DNA of 29,078 nucleotides from Methanosaeta sp. UBA204 (GTDB lineage: Archaea; Halobacteriota; Methanosarcinia; Methanotrichales; Methanotrichaceae). Numbering within the stretch: the first letter of the stretch is position 1; the number at the start of each line of letters is the position of its first letter. Of this stretch, positions 1 through 8,219 are shown piece by piece. The stretch is taken from NCBI GenBank assembly GCA_002501765.1, contig DAOG01000139.1:3179-32256 (forward strand). The letters are read 5' to 3'. Made by a program: the position numbers and the translations under genes. Under the pieces are notes generated by a model, which was not told the origin of the DNA, searched no databases, and saw only the letters and a program-made list of their open reading frames with translations.

Positions 1-128
1 TTTTGACGATCTGGCCGCGCTCGATCACGATCTTGCTTTTTTTATTCGCAGAACATGCAGATGACTTCTTTGATATGCTCCATTAAGTATCAAGTCTAAG
101 GTTCATGACTATACTTGAGCGCATAAAC

Positions 129-1394
129 TTATACATTATATACAACCAAAAGGAACCAGCGCAGCGCAGCCGCCGCGAGCACGATCAGGCCGCAGAGGGT
201 GAGGGGTGCCGTGTAGCCGAGAACGACTTCTCTCAGGCTGGATCCTGTCGTCTCTTTTATCAGCCAGAAGTAGGGATCGCTCAGATAGGAGAACGTGAAG
301 GCACCGGCAGATATCAGGAGGATCATGGTCAGTCCGTCGAGGGGATACCCTCTCATCACCTCTGCCGCTATCACCACCGTGACCAGCCTCGACCCCTGGG
401 CCAGCTGGACCAGCGCCGCCAGGATGAAGGGTATCGCGAACAGAGGGACCCATCCGCCCAGCGATCCGTGCAGTGCCGCTCCCAGGTCGCTCTGGGCGAT
501 CACGTAACCGAAGGCCCCGGCTCCGCAGAGATCGAATATGATGACCCCTGCCCGCCTGGTGGCGGCCTTGACGATCTCTTTCTTCCGGGCCAGGGCCACC
601 GAGACCAGCGCGCCCAGGAGGAGGGCTACGTTGGGGTTCCCCACGAACCGGGCCGCTTCGGTGACTAGCCCGGCCAGGATCAAGGCCATGGGCAGGACCA
701 GAGGAAGCCAGGCCCTGAGTCTGGAGGGCAGGTTGGACGGGGGTCCGGGTGCGATCCCGGCCTCGGTGATATGCAGGCGGCTCAGATAAAAGTGGGCTGC
801 GACCAGGAGCAGAAGGGATAGAGGAATGGCCAGCTTCAGCGTATCGAGGGGTCTCACATCCAGGGCACCGGTGAGGGCAACCATCACCGGCGAGGGGTAG
901 ATCAGGTTGTAGGATATGACCGAGGCCGCCGCGACCATGTACTGGAACCTCGCCTTTGATCTATCGGTCCGTCTTCCCATCTCTTTTGCCACGGGCTCCA
1001 GGATCAGATAGGAGGTTATGCAGCACATCACCGGCAACGATACCAGGTAACCTGAAAGACCCGAAGCCATCAGGCCCCTTCTTTGGCCGACCAGGTCCAG
1101 CAGGTCTGCGACGATCCGATCCACCGACCGGCTCCTCCTGAGGTACTCGGCGATCACCGATCCTGAGAATATTATTATGGCCAGGGCAGAGAAGAAACGG
1201 GCCAACCCCGTGGTCACATGACCGATCACCTCCGGTCCCATACCGGTGAGCAGACCGTATACCAAGGCCGAGGTCAAGAGACCCAGAAAAGGGTGGAGCC
1301 TGAGCCTCGCCACCAGAAGGCCGACCAGGATTATCGCTATCAGGAAGGCCGGTACCGGGTCCATAAGTGAGTACATCCAAAACCAGATGGCCAT
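129..1394 (-). CDS. GntP/gluconate-type permease family membrane transporter
   Basis: 421-aa highly hydrophobic ORF. N-terminal RLRLHPFLGLL...GL, the FSGSVIAEYLRRSRSVDRI segment and C-terminal AQGS..V / FSYLSDPYFWL match GntP-family patterns. Confidence 0.8.
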   Translation of the reverse strand: MAIWFWMYSLMDPVPAFLIAIILVGLLVARLRLHPFLGLLTSALVYGLLTGMGPEVIGHVTTGLARFFSALAIIIFSGSVIAEYLRRSRSVDRIVADLLDLVGQRRGLMASGLSGYLVSLPVMCCITSYLILEPVAKEMGRRTDRSKARFQYMVAAASVISYNLIYPSPVMVALTGALDVRPLDTLKLAIPLSLLLLVAAHFYLSRLHITEAGIAPGPPSNLPSRLRAWLPLVLPMALILAGLVTEAARFVGNPNVALLLGALVSVALARKKEIVKAATRRAGVIIFDLCGAGAFGYVIAQSDLGAALHGSLGGWVPLFAIPFILAALVQLAQGSRLVTVVIAAEVMRGYPLDGLTMILLISAGAFTFSYLSDPYFWLIKETTGSSLREVVLGYTAPLTLCGLIVLAAAALRWFLLVVYNV

Positions 1395-1542
1395 AGGCGT
1401 GCCTATAGATAAGATTGTTTCTATACACTTCGAATATTATGTGCCAGTGTTCGCAAGCAGCCTCGCCCATGACGCTGCAGGCCAATTCTTCCGAAAGCCT
1501 TTTATAGAGAAACGATAATAAAATGACTATCCCGGGGGTAGA

Positions 1543-4500
1543 ATGAAGGGAAACCGTCCGAGACGTTCCTATAGGATGGGCAGGAGAGTTCATGTGTTAT
1601 ACCTAGCTTGTCTCATGGCTATTCTTCTCTCAGTTTCACTATCATCCAGCTTTGCCTCGTCAGATCCCTTCACAATCCCCTGCGTCTCAGGTTCCGGAGA
1701 GGAGGCAAAGCTCGATCTGGACCTAGAAAGTGGGTGCATCCGGTACGGTGAACCACTCAGTTACAAGATCCGCCTAGAAAACTGCGGCCACAAACCCTTC
1801 CATGAAGTATCGATCAACGACAACTTCGGCCAGATCGGCCTCCTCAACCGGCTTTCTCCAGGCGAGTCCATCATACTCACCAGAACCACGCCGATCCTCA
1901 AAGAACCCGTCCATCTGTGGGTATCTGCCAGCGCCGAAGGCAAACTGATCTGCCGGGAGGGCGCATCGATCCCTTGGGCAGCGGGCCGCGACCGGGATTC
2001 TACGGGAAAGGCTATCGGCGAGGGCGGTCGGCTGGAGATACTGTCCGCGCACCCGGATATCGAGCTCAGAGCCTCTGCCGATCCCCAGGTAGTCCGCGCC
2101 GGGGGGCGGTCGAAGGTCAAGGTGACCGTCACAAACCATCTCACTCGACCCCTCCGAGATGTAAAGGTTCAGGGTCCCGGTTGGAACGTGCAGGTGGCCG
2201 AGCTGGATCCGGAAGAGTCCAGGTCCTATTCGAAGACCGTGGTCGTTTCTGAGGATCTTTCGATGAGCCTGAAGGCTACGGGGACCACCGATGGCGGCAG
2301 GCACGTCTCGGATCAGGAAAGGGTAGACATATCTGTGATCCATCCTGCCATCTCTGCTACGGCCATCGCGACCTCTGCGTCCTCTGGCCGGGTCGTCACT
2401 GTCGAGTACAAGCTGAAAAATAAGGGTGATGATCCTCTAAGACGGGTGACCCTCAAAGATGAAAGTGGGGCGGTCCTGGGGATCCTCACCGAGCTCTCTC
2501 CGGGCGAGGCTCAAAGCCTGATCAGGAGCGAGGTCCCCGGCCTGGAGGGAATAAGGGAGATAGAAGTGGCCTGCATCGACTCCACCGGGCAGTTGTTGGT
2601 CGAAAGGGTCATCCTAAATCAGCTACGCACCGGCGGACGAAAACCTTCGTCATCATACTCGGGAGGAACCATCAAGTTCGATGAGCTGGACACCAGTCTA
2701 GACGATCTGGACACCGAGCTCGATGAGCTTGACACCAAGCTAGACGATCTGGACACCGGGTTCGATGAGCTTGACACCAGTCTAGACGATCTGGACGCCG
2801 GGTTCGATGAGCTTGACACCAGTCTAGACGATCTGGAGACCGAGATGGATGCTGCCGAGTTCGACAGGATGGACCCCTCGTTGGGAGATCGAGAACGACG
2901 CAGCCTCGATGCCGATCGTCCCATCGATAGGGACGGCATAACCGGCCTGATAAACCGCTTGAGGGGGATGGTGGAGAATATCAAGCTGAAAAGGCCGGAG
3001 ACGGTGGAGAACCAGGTCTCATCTGTGATATCGTCGTCCGATGCTCTCTCGTCTGGGCACGAGACGAAGACAGGATCTCTCTCGCCCGTCGTCGAACCAC
3101 AGACCGACGACGAAGGAAATATCTTGACGGGCGATACTAGATCCGCAAATCCGCCGACCACGAAAACATCGTCCAGGGAGGTGAGACCAAACCAGCCAGA
3201 GAGCGACGACCTGTCGCCCTCGACCGGAGACGGTACGGATCTAGGAGGGCATGGTACGAATAGCACCAGCACTCTTAAGGAGAAACTCGACAACGAGAAA
3301 TCCAATATCCAGACCAAGAAAGATGAGCTGTCCGGTCTGGCTGATCGTCTAAGCAGCATAGCGGAGATGATCAAGCCAAAGACGTCGGAGACTGATAACC
3401 AGATACCAGCGTCTACCCAGCTCAACGTCCCACCGTCGGATGACGGGCCGGGATATCTGGCTCCGGCAGCTGCCGTGCCTTCGGTTGCTGACGAAGAAGT
3501 GCTCGCTACGGTCGAGACGATGATCCGCACAGCGCCGGCCACGAGAGCATCGCCCAGGACCGTGAGGGTCGCCCCGCCGGAGAGAACGAGCTATCCAGCA
3601 TCTGCCGGAGGAAGCTCGATAGAGAACAAGAAGACCACGTTCGGATATCTGGACGAGAAGACCAAGATCGAGACGGTCGAGGATCTCAGGACCGGGCAGG
3701 CGACCAAGGGTCTTGAGACCGAAGAGACGGCCGGGGCTCCCCGGGCGGGGGCGACAGTTGCGGATCTCAGGACAGGGCGGGCGACCAAAGATCTCAAGAT
3801 CGATGCGGTAATTGAGAGCTTCGAGACCACGAAGATCGACAGGATGCCGAACATAATCGAAGTATACGCCTTGCCACCCGAGCCGACCGCGGGATCGCCG
3901 GTAACGGTGTCCGTACATGCAGAAGACGACAAGGGCGTGGACTCTGCGACCCTGCTCTGGGGAATAGCCCGGAAGTCCATCAGCAGACAGGATCTGCTCG
4001 ACGTCGACCAGAACCCTCCCATCGAGATGACCCTGGTGGAAGGCACGCTCAGAGACGGCTACTGGAGCTGCGAGATCCCCGGTCAGCCTGCTGGGACCTA
4101 TGTAATCTTCACAGTTTCTGTCAGTGACGGGAAGGGGTGGGGCGAGGACGGTCCCTACACCCTCTTCTGGAACGAGATCGAACCTGTGACCGTCGAGACG
4201 GCACCAACACAGCCACCGAGCACCGGAGAATATGCACATCATGCGGAGGCCGAGGAGAAGCCATCGAAAAAGGCGATGTTCTATACCGAGTCCACCACGA
4301 TCAGCGGAAGAGGTGACGTCAGCATCAAAAACGAGTTTCATGAGACTGCTATCCGCTTCAGAGAAGATCTATCGGGATACGGATCGATAGAGATAGCGTC
4401 CCAGAAGGTGATGAGCAAGGGCAATCCCCAGGTGAACTTCAGCAGCAGCAGGCTCCTGGTGTTTGACGATGGCCAGCTCAAGGGGTCCAAGACGATGGCC

Positions 4501-4755
4501 TCGCCTACGTTCCACGGTGGCATGGGAGCCAGCGTATCTGAGCGTTTCAACACCAGCAGCATGGAGAAGTGCGAAACGGGAATGATACGAAACGTCAACC
4601 GGTCCGAGAACACCATCGCCTTCGATTCCCAGCAATCCTTCGAGGGTATGTGGGGGACAAAGACGACATACTCCAAGTTCGGCAAGAAGATAAAGACCAA
4701 CCAGAAGCTGGACGGCAGCTTTGAGACCCAGAAGAAGATAACGTTCAAGGACTAG
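1543..4755 (+). CDS. Large predicted secreted/surface protein with Ig-like beta modules, an acidic heptad repeat, a low-complexity linker and a C-terminal beta-rich domain
   Basis: 1070-aa ORF. Hydrophobic signal-like stretch (VLYLACLMAILLSVSLSSSFA), so the real start may be ATG 1576. Three repeated Y/V-x-(I/V/L)-x-N-x-G/L...L..V..L.PGE modules. Codon usage is host-like. Confidence 0.8.
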   Translation: MKGNRPRRSYRMGRRVHVLYLACLMAILLSVSLSSSFASSDPFTIPCVSGSGEEAKLDLDLESGCIRYGEPLSYKIRLENCGHKPFHEVSINDNFGQIGLLNRLSPGESIILTRTTPILKEPVHLWVSASAEGKLICREGASIPWAAGRDRDSTGKAIGEGGRLEILSAHPDIELRASADPQVVRAGGRSKVKVTVTNHLTRPLRDVKVQGPGWNVQVAELDPEESRSYSKTVVVSEDLSMSLKATGTTDGGRHVSDQERVDISVIHPAISATAIATSASSGRVVTVEYKLKNKGDDPLRRVTLKDESGAVLGILTELSPGEAQSLIRSEVPGLEGIREIEVACIDSTGQLLVERVILNQLRTGGRKPSSSYSGGTIKFDELDTSLDDLDTELDELDTKLDDLDTGFDELDTSLDDLDAGFDELDTSLDDLETEMDAAEFDRMDPSLGDRERRSLDADRPIDRDGITGLINRLRGMVENIKLKRPETVENQVSSVISSSDALSSGHETKTGSLSPVVEPQTDDEGNILTGDTRSANPPTTKTSSREVRPNQPESDDLSPSTGDGTDLGGHGTNSTSTLKEKLDNEKSNIQTKKDELSGLADRLSSIAEMIKPKTSETDNQIPASTQLNVPPSDDGPGYLAPAAAVPSVADEEVLATVETMIRTAPATRASPRTVRVAPPERTSYPASAGGSSIENKKTTFGYLDEKTKIETVEDLRTGQATKGLETEETAGAPRAGATVADLRTGRATKDLKIDAVIESFETTKIDRMPNIIEVYALPPEPTAGSPVTVSVHAEDDKGVDSATLLWGIARKSISRQDLLDVDQNPPIEMTLVEGTLRDGYWSCEIPGQPAGTYVIFTVSVSDGKGWGEDGPYTLFWNEIEPVTVETAPTQPPSTGEYAHHAEAEEKPSKKAMFYTESTTISGRGDVSIKNEFHETAIRFREDLSGYGSIEIASQKVMSKGNPQVNFSSSRLLVFDDGQLKGSKTMASPTFHGGMGASVSERFNTSSMEKCETGMIRNVNRSENTIAFDSQQSFEGMWGTKTTYSKFGKKIKTNQKLDGSFETQKKITFKD
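2677..2844 (+). repeat. 4 x 42-bp in-frame tandem repeat encoding (F/L)DELDT(S/K)LDDLDxx
   Basis: Near-identical units start at 2677, 2719, 2761 and 2803, e.g. TTCGATGAGCTTGACACCAGTCTAGACGATCTGGAC. Confidence 0.95.
3681..3794 (+). repeat. Two-copy internal repeat DLRTG(Q/R)ATK(G/D)L
   Basis: GGATCTCAGGACCGGGCAGGCGACCAAGGGTCT at 3681 and GGATCTCAGGACAGGGCGGGCGACCAAAGATCT at 3762 (81-bp offset, in frame). Confidence 0.85.
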
Positions 4756-5120
4756 AGCCGTCGGGCTCGTAGAGCGCCTTTCCAGACCTCATCTGCCTCG
4801 TCGATCACGTTCTCGATCAGATCGTGGATCTTGATCTGGTGTTTTATATCTCCTGCCTTTACCTTGTTGTCTACGGATAACCTCATCGCCTCCTTGCTCT
4901 GGTCACGCAGCCTCTCAGATTCCATCCAGAGGTCTTCGGCCAGATCGGCGTCCTGGTTGCGCATCTCTACGGACTTGTTGCGAACCTCATCTGAACGTCT
5001 TAGGAGGTCTGCCGCTTCTTTCCTGAGCCGTTCCGAATCGGTCAGGAAGTTCTCCATATTCTCCTGCATCTCCTCTGAGCTTCTCTCCACAAGATCTTCA
5101 TTCAATCCTAACATTATCAT
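4752..5120 (-). CDS. Hypothetical coiled-coil protein
   Basis: 122-aa charged helical ORF. Its start overlaps the pdxT stop (ATGA-type overlap), which suggests co-transcription. Confidence 0.7.
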   Translation of the reverse strand: MIMLGLNEDLVERSSEEMQENMENFLTDSERLRKEAADLLRRSDEVRNKSVEMRNQDADLAEDLWMESERLRDQSKEAMRLSVDNKVKAGDIKHQIKIHDLIENVIDEADEVWKGALRARRL

Positions 5121-5686
5121 CCCTCTCTGACCAGATCCAGAAATATATCGTGAAACCGGAGGTCGGTGGTGAGCTCAGGATGGAAGGCTAGGCCGATCAG
5201 GTTCTCCTCCCTGACGGCCACCGTCAGGCCGTCGACCTTGGCCAAGACCTCGACCCTATCCGACCTATCGGTTATCGCCGGAGCTCTGATGAAGACTGCG
5301 TGATAGGGGCTCTGGAATCCGGCCACGTCGATGTCGGCCTCGAAGGATTCTCTCTGGGATCCGAAGGCGTTCCTCTTGACCTTGACGTCCAGTAGACCCA
5401 GGGGCTCGAACCTAGTCTCTCGTTCTACCTCGCTGGAGATTATGACCAGGCCAGCGCAGGTGGCCATGATCGGAACGCCCGATCCGGCTGCATGTTTGAT
5501 CTCTTCACCGGTGCCGGTTCTGTCCAGATGTCTGCTAATGGTGGTGCTCTCCCCACCGGGCAGAACTAGCCCATCACAGTCGGGCACGACCCCTGATCTG
5601 CGCACCTCGACCACCGAGCCTCTTCCCGCAAGAGCCCGTTCCATGGCCGAGACATGCTCGGAGACGGCTCCCTGGAAGCCGATCAC
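5117..5686 (-). CDS. pdxT: Pyridoxal 5'-phosphate synthase glutaminase subunit PdxT
   Basis: QGAVSEH, LPGGESTT, ATCAG (nucleophile Cys), RNAFGSQRESFE, FIRAP and FHPEL motifs; lies directly downstream of pdxS. The start codon is uncertain. Confidence 0.95.
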   Translation of the reverse strand: MIGFQGAVSEHVSAMERALAGRGSVVEVRRSGVVPDCDGLVLPGGESTTISRHLDRTGTGEEIKHAAGSGVPIMATCAGLVIISSEVERETRFEPLGLLDVKVKRNAFGSQRESFEADIDVAGFQSPYHAVFIRAPAITDRSDRVEVLAKVDGLTVAVREENLIGLAFHPELTTDLRFHDIFLDLVREG

Positions 5687-5699
5687 CCCTATCTTGAAT

Positions 5700-6593
5700 C
5701 TACCAACCCCTGACCTGGAGTTTTTCCTCTTCCGGGATGGTGCCTATATCGATGCCCTTCATGGGATCGCCCAGTCCCTTGGAGATCTCGAAGAGCTTCG
5801 TCGGATCGTCGTAGTTGTTCACCGCGTCCACGATGGCCCTGGCCATGACGGACGGGTTCTCCGACTTGAATATCCCCGACCCGACGAAGACACCGTCGGC
5901 TTTCATCTGCATCATCAGAGCAGCGTCTGCCGGGGTTGCTATACCACCCGCGGCAAAGTTCACCACGGGAAGCCTCTGCATCTCTGCACATTCGCAGACC
6001 AGGGTATAATCGGCCTGGATATCCCGGGCGGTCATCGTCAGCTCGGCCTCGTTCATGCCTTCCAGGGTCCTGATCTGGCCCATGATCAGGTTCATGTGCC
6101 GGACGGCCTCTCTCACGTCGCCGGTTCCTGCCTCGCCTTTCGTCCTGATCATGGCCGCGCCCTCCTTTATCCGCCTCAGGGCCTCGCCTAGGTTCCTGGC
6201 ACCACAGACGAAGGGCACGGTGAACTTGGACTTGATTACGTGGAATTCGTCCACAGGAGTGAGCACCTCCGACTCATCGATCATGTCCACCCCGATCGCC
6301 TCCAGGATCTGGGCTTCCACGAAGTGCCCTATCCTGACCTTGGCCATGACCGGTATGGTGACCGAATCGATGATCTCCTGGATGATCTTGGGATCGGCCA
6401 TCCTGGCCACGCCTCCCATCTTTCTGATGTCGGCCGGTACTGCATGGAGGGCCATGACCGCCACGGCGCCTGCCTCTTCGGCGATGATCGCCTGTTCCGC
6501 GGTGGTGACGTCCATGATGACCCCGCCCTTCTGCATCTTCGCAAATCCGCGTTTTAGCAGTTCCGTACCAAAACGAAGTTTATCGAGCTCCAT
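5700..6593 (-). CDS. pdxS: Pyridoxal 5'-phosphate synthase lyase subunit PdxS
   Basis: [51 protein letters not shown] and [17 protein letters not shown] motifs. Confidence 0.98.
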   Translation of the reverse strand: MELDKLRFGTELLKRGFAKMQKGGVIMDVTTAEQAIIAEEAGAVAVMALHAVPADIRKMGGVARMADPKIIQEIIDSVTIPVMAKVRIGHFVEAQILEAIGVDMIDESEVLTPVDEFHVIKSKFTVPFVCGARNLGEALRRIKEGAAMIRTKGEAGTGDVREAVRHMNLIMGQIRTLEGMNEAELTMTARDIQADYTLVCECAEMQRLPVVNFAAGGIATPADAALMMQMKADGVFVGSGIFKSENPSVMARAIVDAVNNYDDPTKLFEISKGLGDPMKGIDIGTIPEEEKLQVRGW

Positions 6594-6619
6594 GATAGTT
6601 AGATCCTATATAGTTGTTT

Positions 6620-6626
6620 TATTTAA
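6620..6626 (-). promoter_or_regulatory. Candidate TATA box for the pdxS-pdxT operon
   Basis: TTAAATA on the minus strand 27 nt upstream of the pdxS ATG, a spacing typical of short-leader or leaderless archaeal transcripts. Confidence 0.55.
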
Positions 6627-6882
6627 GGTTTCTACTAGTGCAGGTGAATAAATAAACTTTGCTCTTCGGCCGGCATAATCGGTAGCGTAACGACTTTTCT
6701 GTAACTTGGTTTGCGCCATACGGTGCGGCCCAGTCATCGGCTCTCCTACGCGAAGTGCGTGCAGAGCATCTGCGGCGGCCCCGCGCCCTGGGCCTGGAGC
6801 CGCCCAAGGCTGAACTTGACGACGAATAAAATGGGACCGAATAGTTACGTATGTTCGCTATCGCGGATCACTACGACCGGCG

Positions 6883-7030
6883 CCGACCCGTCGCCCGTAT
6901 GCCGCCCGAAGCACGCGGTAAAGCTCGGCTGCTGATAATGCAAGCGCCGAGCGAAGCGAGGGGAGCCCGAAGGGCCGCTTGCTTTATCTTGCAGCCAAGC
7001 GGCGAGCTGGTGCGGCTAGGGCAGGGTCGG
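6883..7030. other. Long imperfect fold-back element with GAA-triloop mini-hairpins (oriT-like or structured ssDNA/RNA element)
   Basis: Nested complementary segments: CCGACCC/GGGTCGG, AGCTCG/CGAGCT, GGCTGC/GCAGCC and GATAATGCAAGCG/CGCTTGCTTTATC. The apex contains GCGAAGC (6951-6957) and GCCCGAAGGGC (6965-6975). The pairing is visible; the function is inferred. Confidence 0.5.
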
Positions 7031-7083
7031 GGGCATCAAGTTTGATGGCATCTGTGTGCCAGCGATGTTGACTGCAAAAACAT

Positions 7084-7380
7084 AAAACGCAAGTATTTGG
7101 CAGATATTCTCGTGAAGAAAAGGCGATGATCAATGCAATAGTCGAATCCTACATTCAGGGATCCTCAACCCGAAAGGTCCAGACTATCGTCTCCCATATT
7201 GGTCTTGATCAGCTTTCGCTCTCCAGCGTCTCGCGCATTTCAGAAGAACTCGATGAAAAAGTCGAGGAATTCCTCAAAAGACCCACCGAACACCCGACCT
7301 CCTATGTCCTTATCGATGCAACTTACTTCAAAGTGAGAGATGGAGTACAATATATCTCAAAGGCGTTTTTTTACGCCTGA
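7084..7380 (+). pseudogene. IS256-family (Mutator) transposase fragment
   Basis: KTQVFGRYSR..KAMINAIVESYIQGSSTRKV..I......LS.SSVSRISEELDEKVEEFLKRP....YVLIDATYFKVRDG...ISKA matches the IS256 N-terminal/first catalytic Asp region. Both ends are missing. Confidence 0.88.
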
Positions 7381-7613
7381 AATTTCACAACTGTACACGA
7401 TATGTTGAGCCTTTCCACTTATTCTCTTGGATCCAAAACCTCCGCCCCAATCGTCGCATCGTCTAGGCCCCAGGCCTTCGAGCGGTATAGAAACTTCACT
7501 GAAGACGAAGGGCAGGTTGGACGCCATCAAGAAAAAGAGGAGCACGGCGCACCCCTGGTCGCCCAACAACTGTGATAAGCGTATCGAGCATCGGATTGGC
7601 GTCGTGGTGTATA

Positions 7614-7651
7614 GTCGAGAACCAATTAGATGAGACTAATTGGTTCTCGAC
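7614..7651. repeat. Perfect 16-bp inverted repeat with 6-nt spacer
   Basis: GTCGAGAACCAATTAG-ATGAGA-CTAATTGGTTCTCGAC. Confidence 0.95.
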
Positions 7652-7654
7652 AGA

Positions 7655-7736
7655 ATAGTGTTTAACGATACGAACAGACCAAGTCTCAAACTCTTACGAG
7701 TTAGAGATTTGTCCGAAAGGTATCGTTAAACACTAT
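7655..7736. mobile_element. MITE-like 82-bp element: perfect 17-bp terminal inverted repeat enclosing an inner hairpin
   Basis: ATAGTGTTTAACGATAC (7655-7671) / GTATCGTTAAACACTAT (7720-7736), with an inner stem GTCTC-A-AACTC-TTAC-GAGTT-A-GAGAT. TA at 7656-7657 and 7734-7735 could be a target-site duplication. The IR is certain; the MITE call is inference. Confidence 0.5.
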
Positions 7737-7930
7737 AATCGCAAGGCAGCATACCCAAAAGCCCCGGAGCTTCGAGGTCGTCTTTTGCCCCCCGGCGCCG
7801 GAGGTTGCGCCTGCCAGGATGTAGTCACTGTCGGGCGTCGTCTGGACTGATTTCGCCAAATCCACTCAGGCAGCGGACAAAAGAATGAACGAGGACTCGA
7901 TAATGTGGCAAGGGAGGAGATTTTCGCAAG

Positions 7931-8215
7931 TCAAGAGGAATCAGTAACCCTACGTCTAATAATGGTCTTCAGCTCGTCGAGCACATCCTCAACGAAAACC
8001 TCCCGGCACTCCAAGGCATTCTTCTCGCTTTCGAGATGGAGATGATGCGGGAATGTTTTCATATCGGGCCAGTGGGGTGCATTGTCCCACCTTCGTACCA
8101 TTCGCTCTCCTTTCTGTACATGGTAAGAATAGCGCCTGAAGCTTCTGCCCAATGCTTCGTTGATATGGAGGACGTATCCTCCCTTCAATGATGCAACGGC
8201 CCGGATCGCCTGTCT
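7931..8215 (-). pseudogene. DUF6516/TumE-family protein, 5'-truncated
   Basis: LHINE....RRYSYHVQ...RRWDNAPHWPDMKTFPHHLH matches DUF6516. The frame stays open upstream of TTG 8188 (RQAIRAVAS) only to a TGA at 8216-8218, so the usual N-terminus is missing. Confidence 0.7.
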
Positions 8216-8219
8216 TCAT

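Noticed and set aside
2677-2844. Possible CRISPR array
   Set aside because: The units are contiguous, in frame and have no unique spacers; this is a coding tandem repeat. The same applies to 15009-15239.
6660-6730. tRNA-like segment (GCATAATCGGTAGCG)
   Set aside because: There is no TTCRA T-loop and no acceptor stem pairing.
6686-6829. Coding-like tail (...LLREVRAEHLRRPRALGLEPPKAELDDE*)
   Set aside because: It has no start codon and no recognisable family. It may be a foreign gene's C-terminus, but this cannot be supported.
6723-6920. Group II intron (GTGCG start at 6723; CCGTATGC...GCACG resembling domain V)
   Set aside because: The region is too short, the domain V helix and catalytic triad geometry are not convincing, and there is no domain VI or RT ORF.
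6883-7030. Integron attC site, RNase P RNA or SRP RNA
   Set aside because: There are no RYYYAAC/GTTRRRY boxes at the hairpin base, and the conserved RNase P (GAGGAAAGUCC) and SRP helix-8 signatures were not found on either strand.
7812-7823. Second nic-like motif (minus strand TACATCCTG^G)
   Set aside because: The base after the nick is a purine and there is no adjacent IR. A short match like this is expected by chance.
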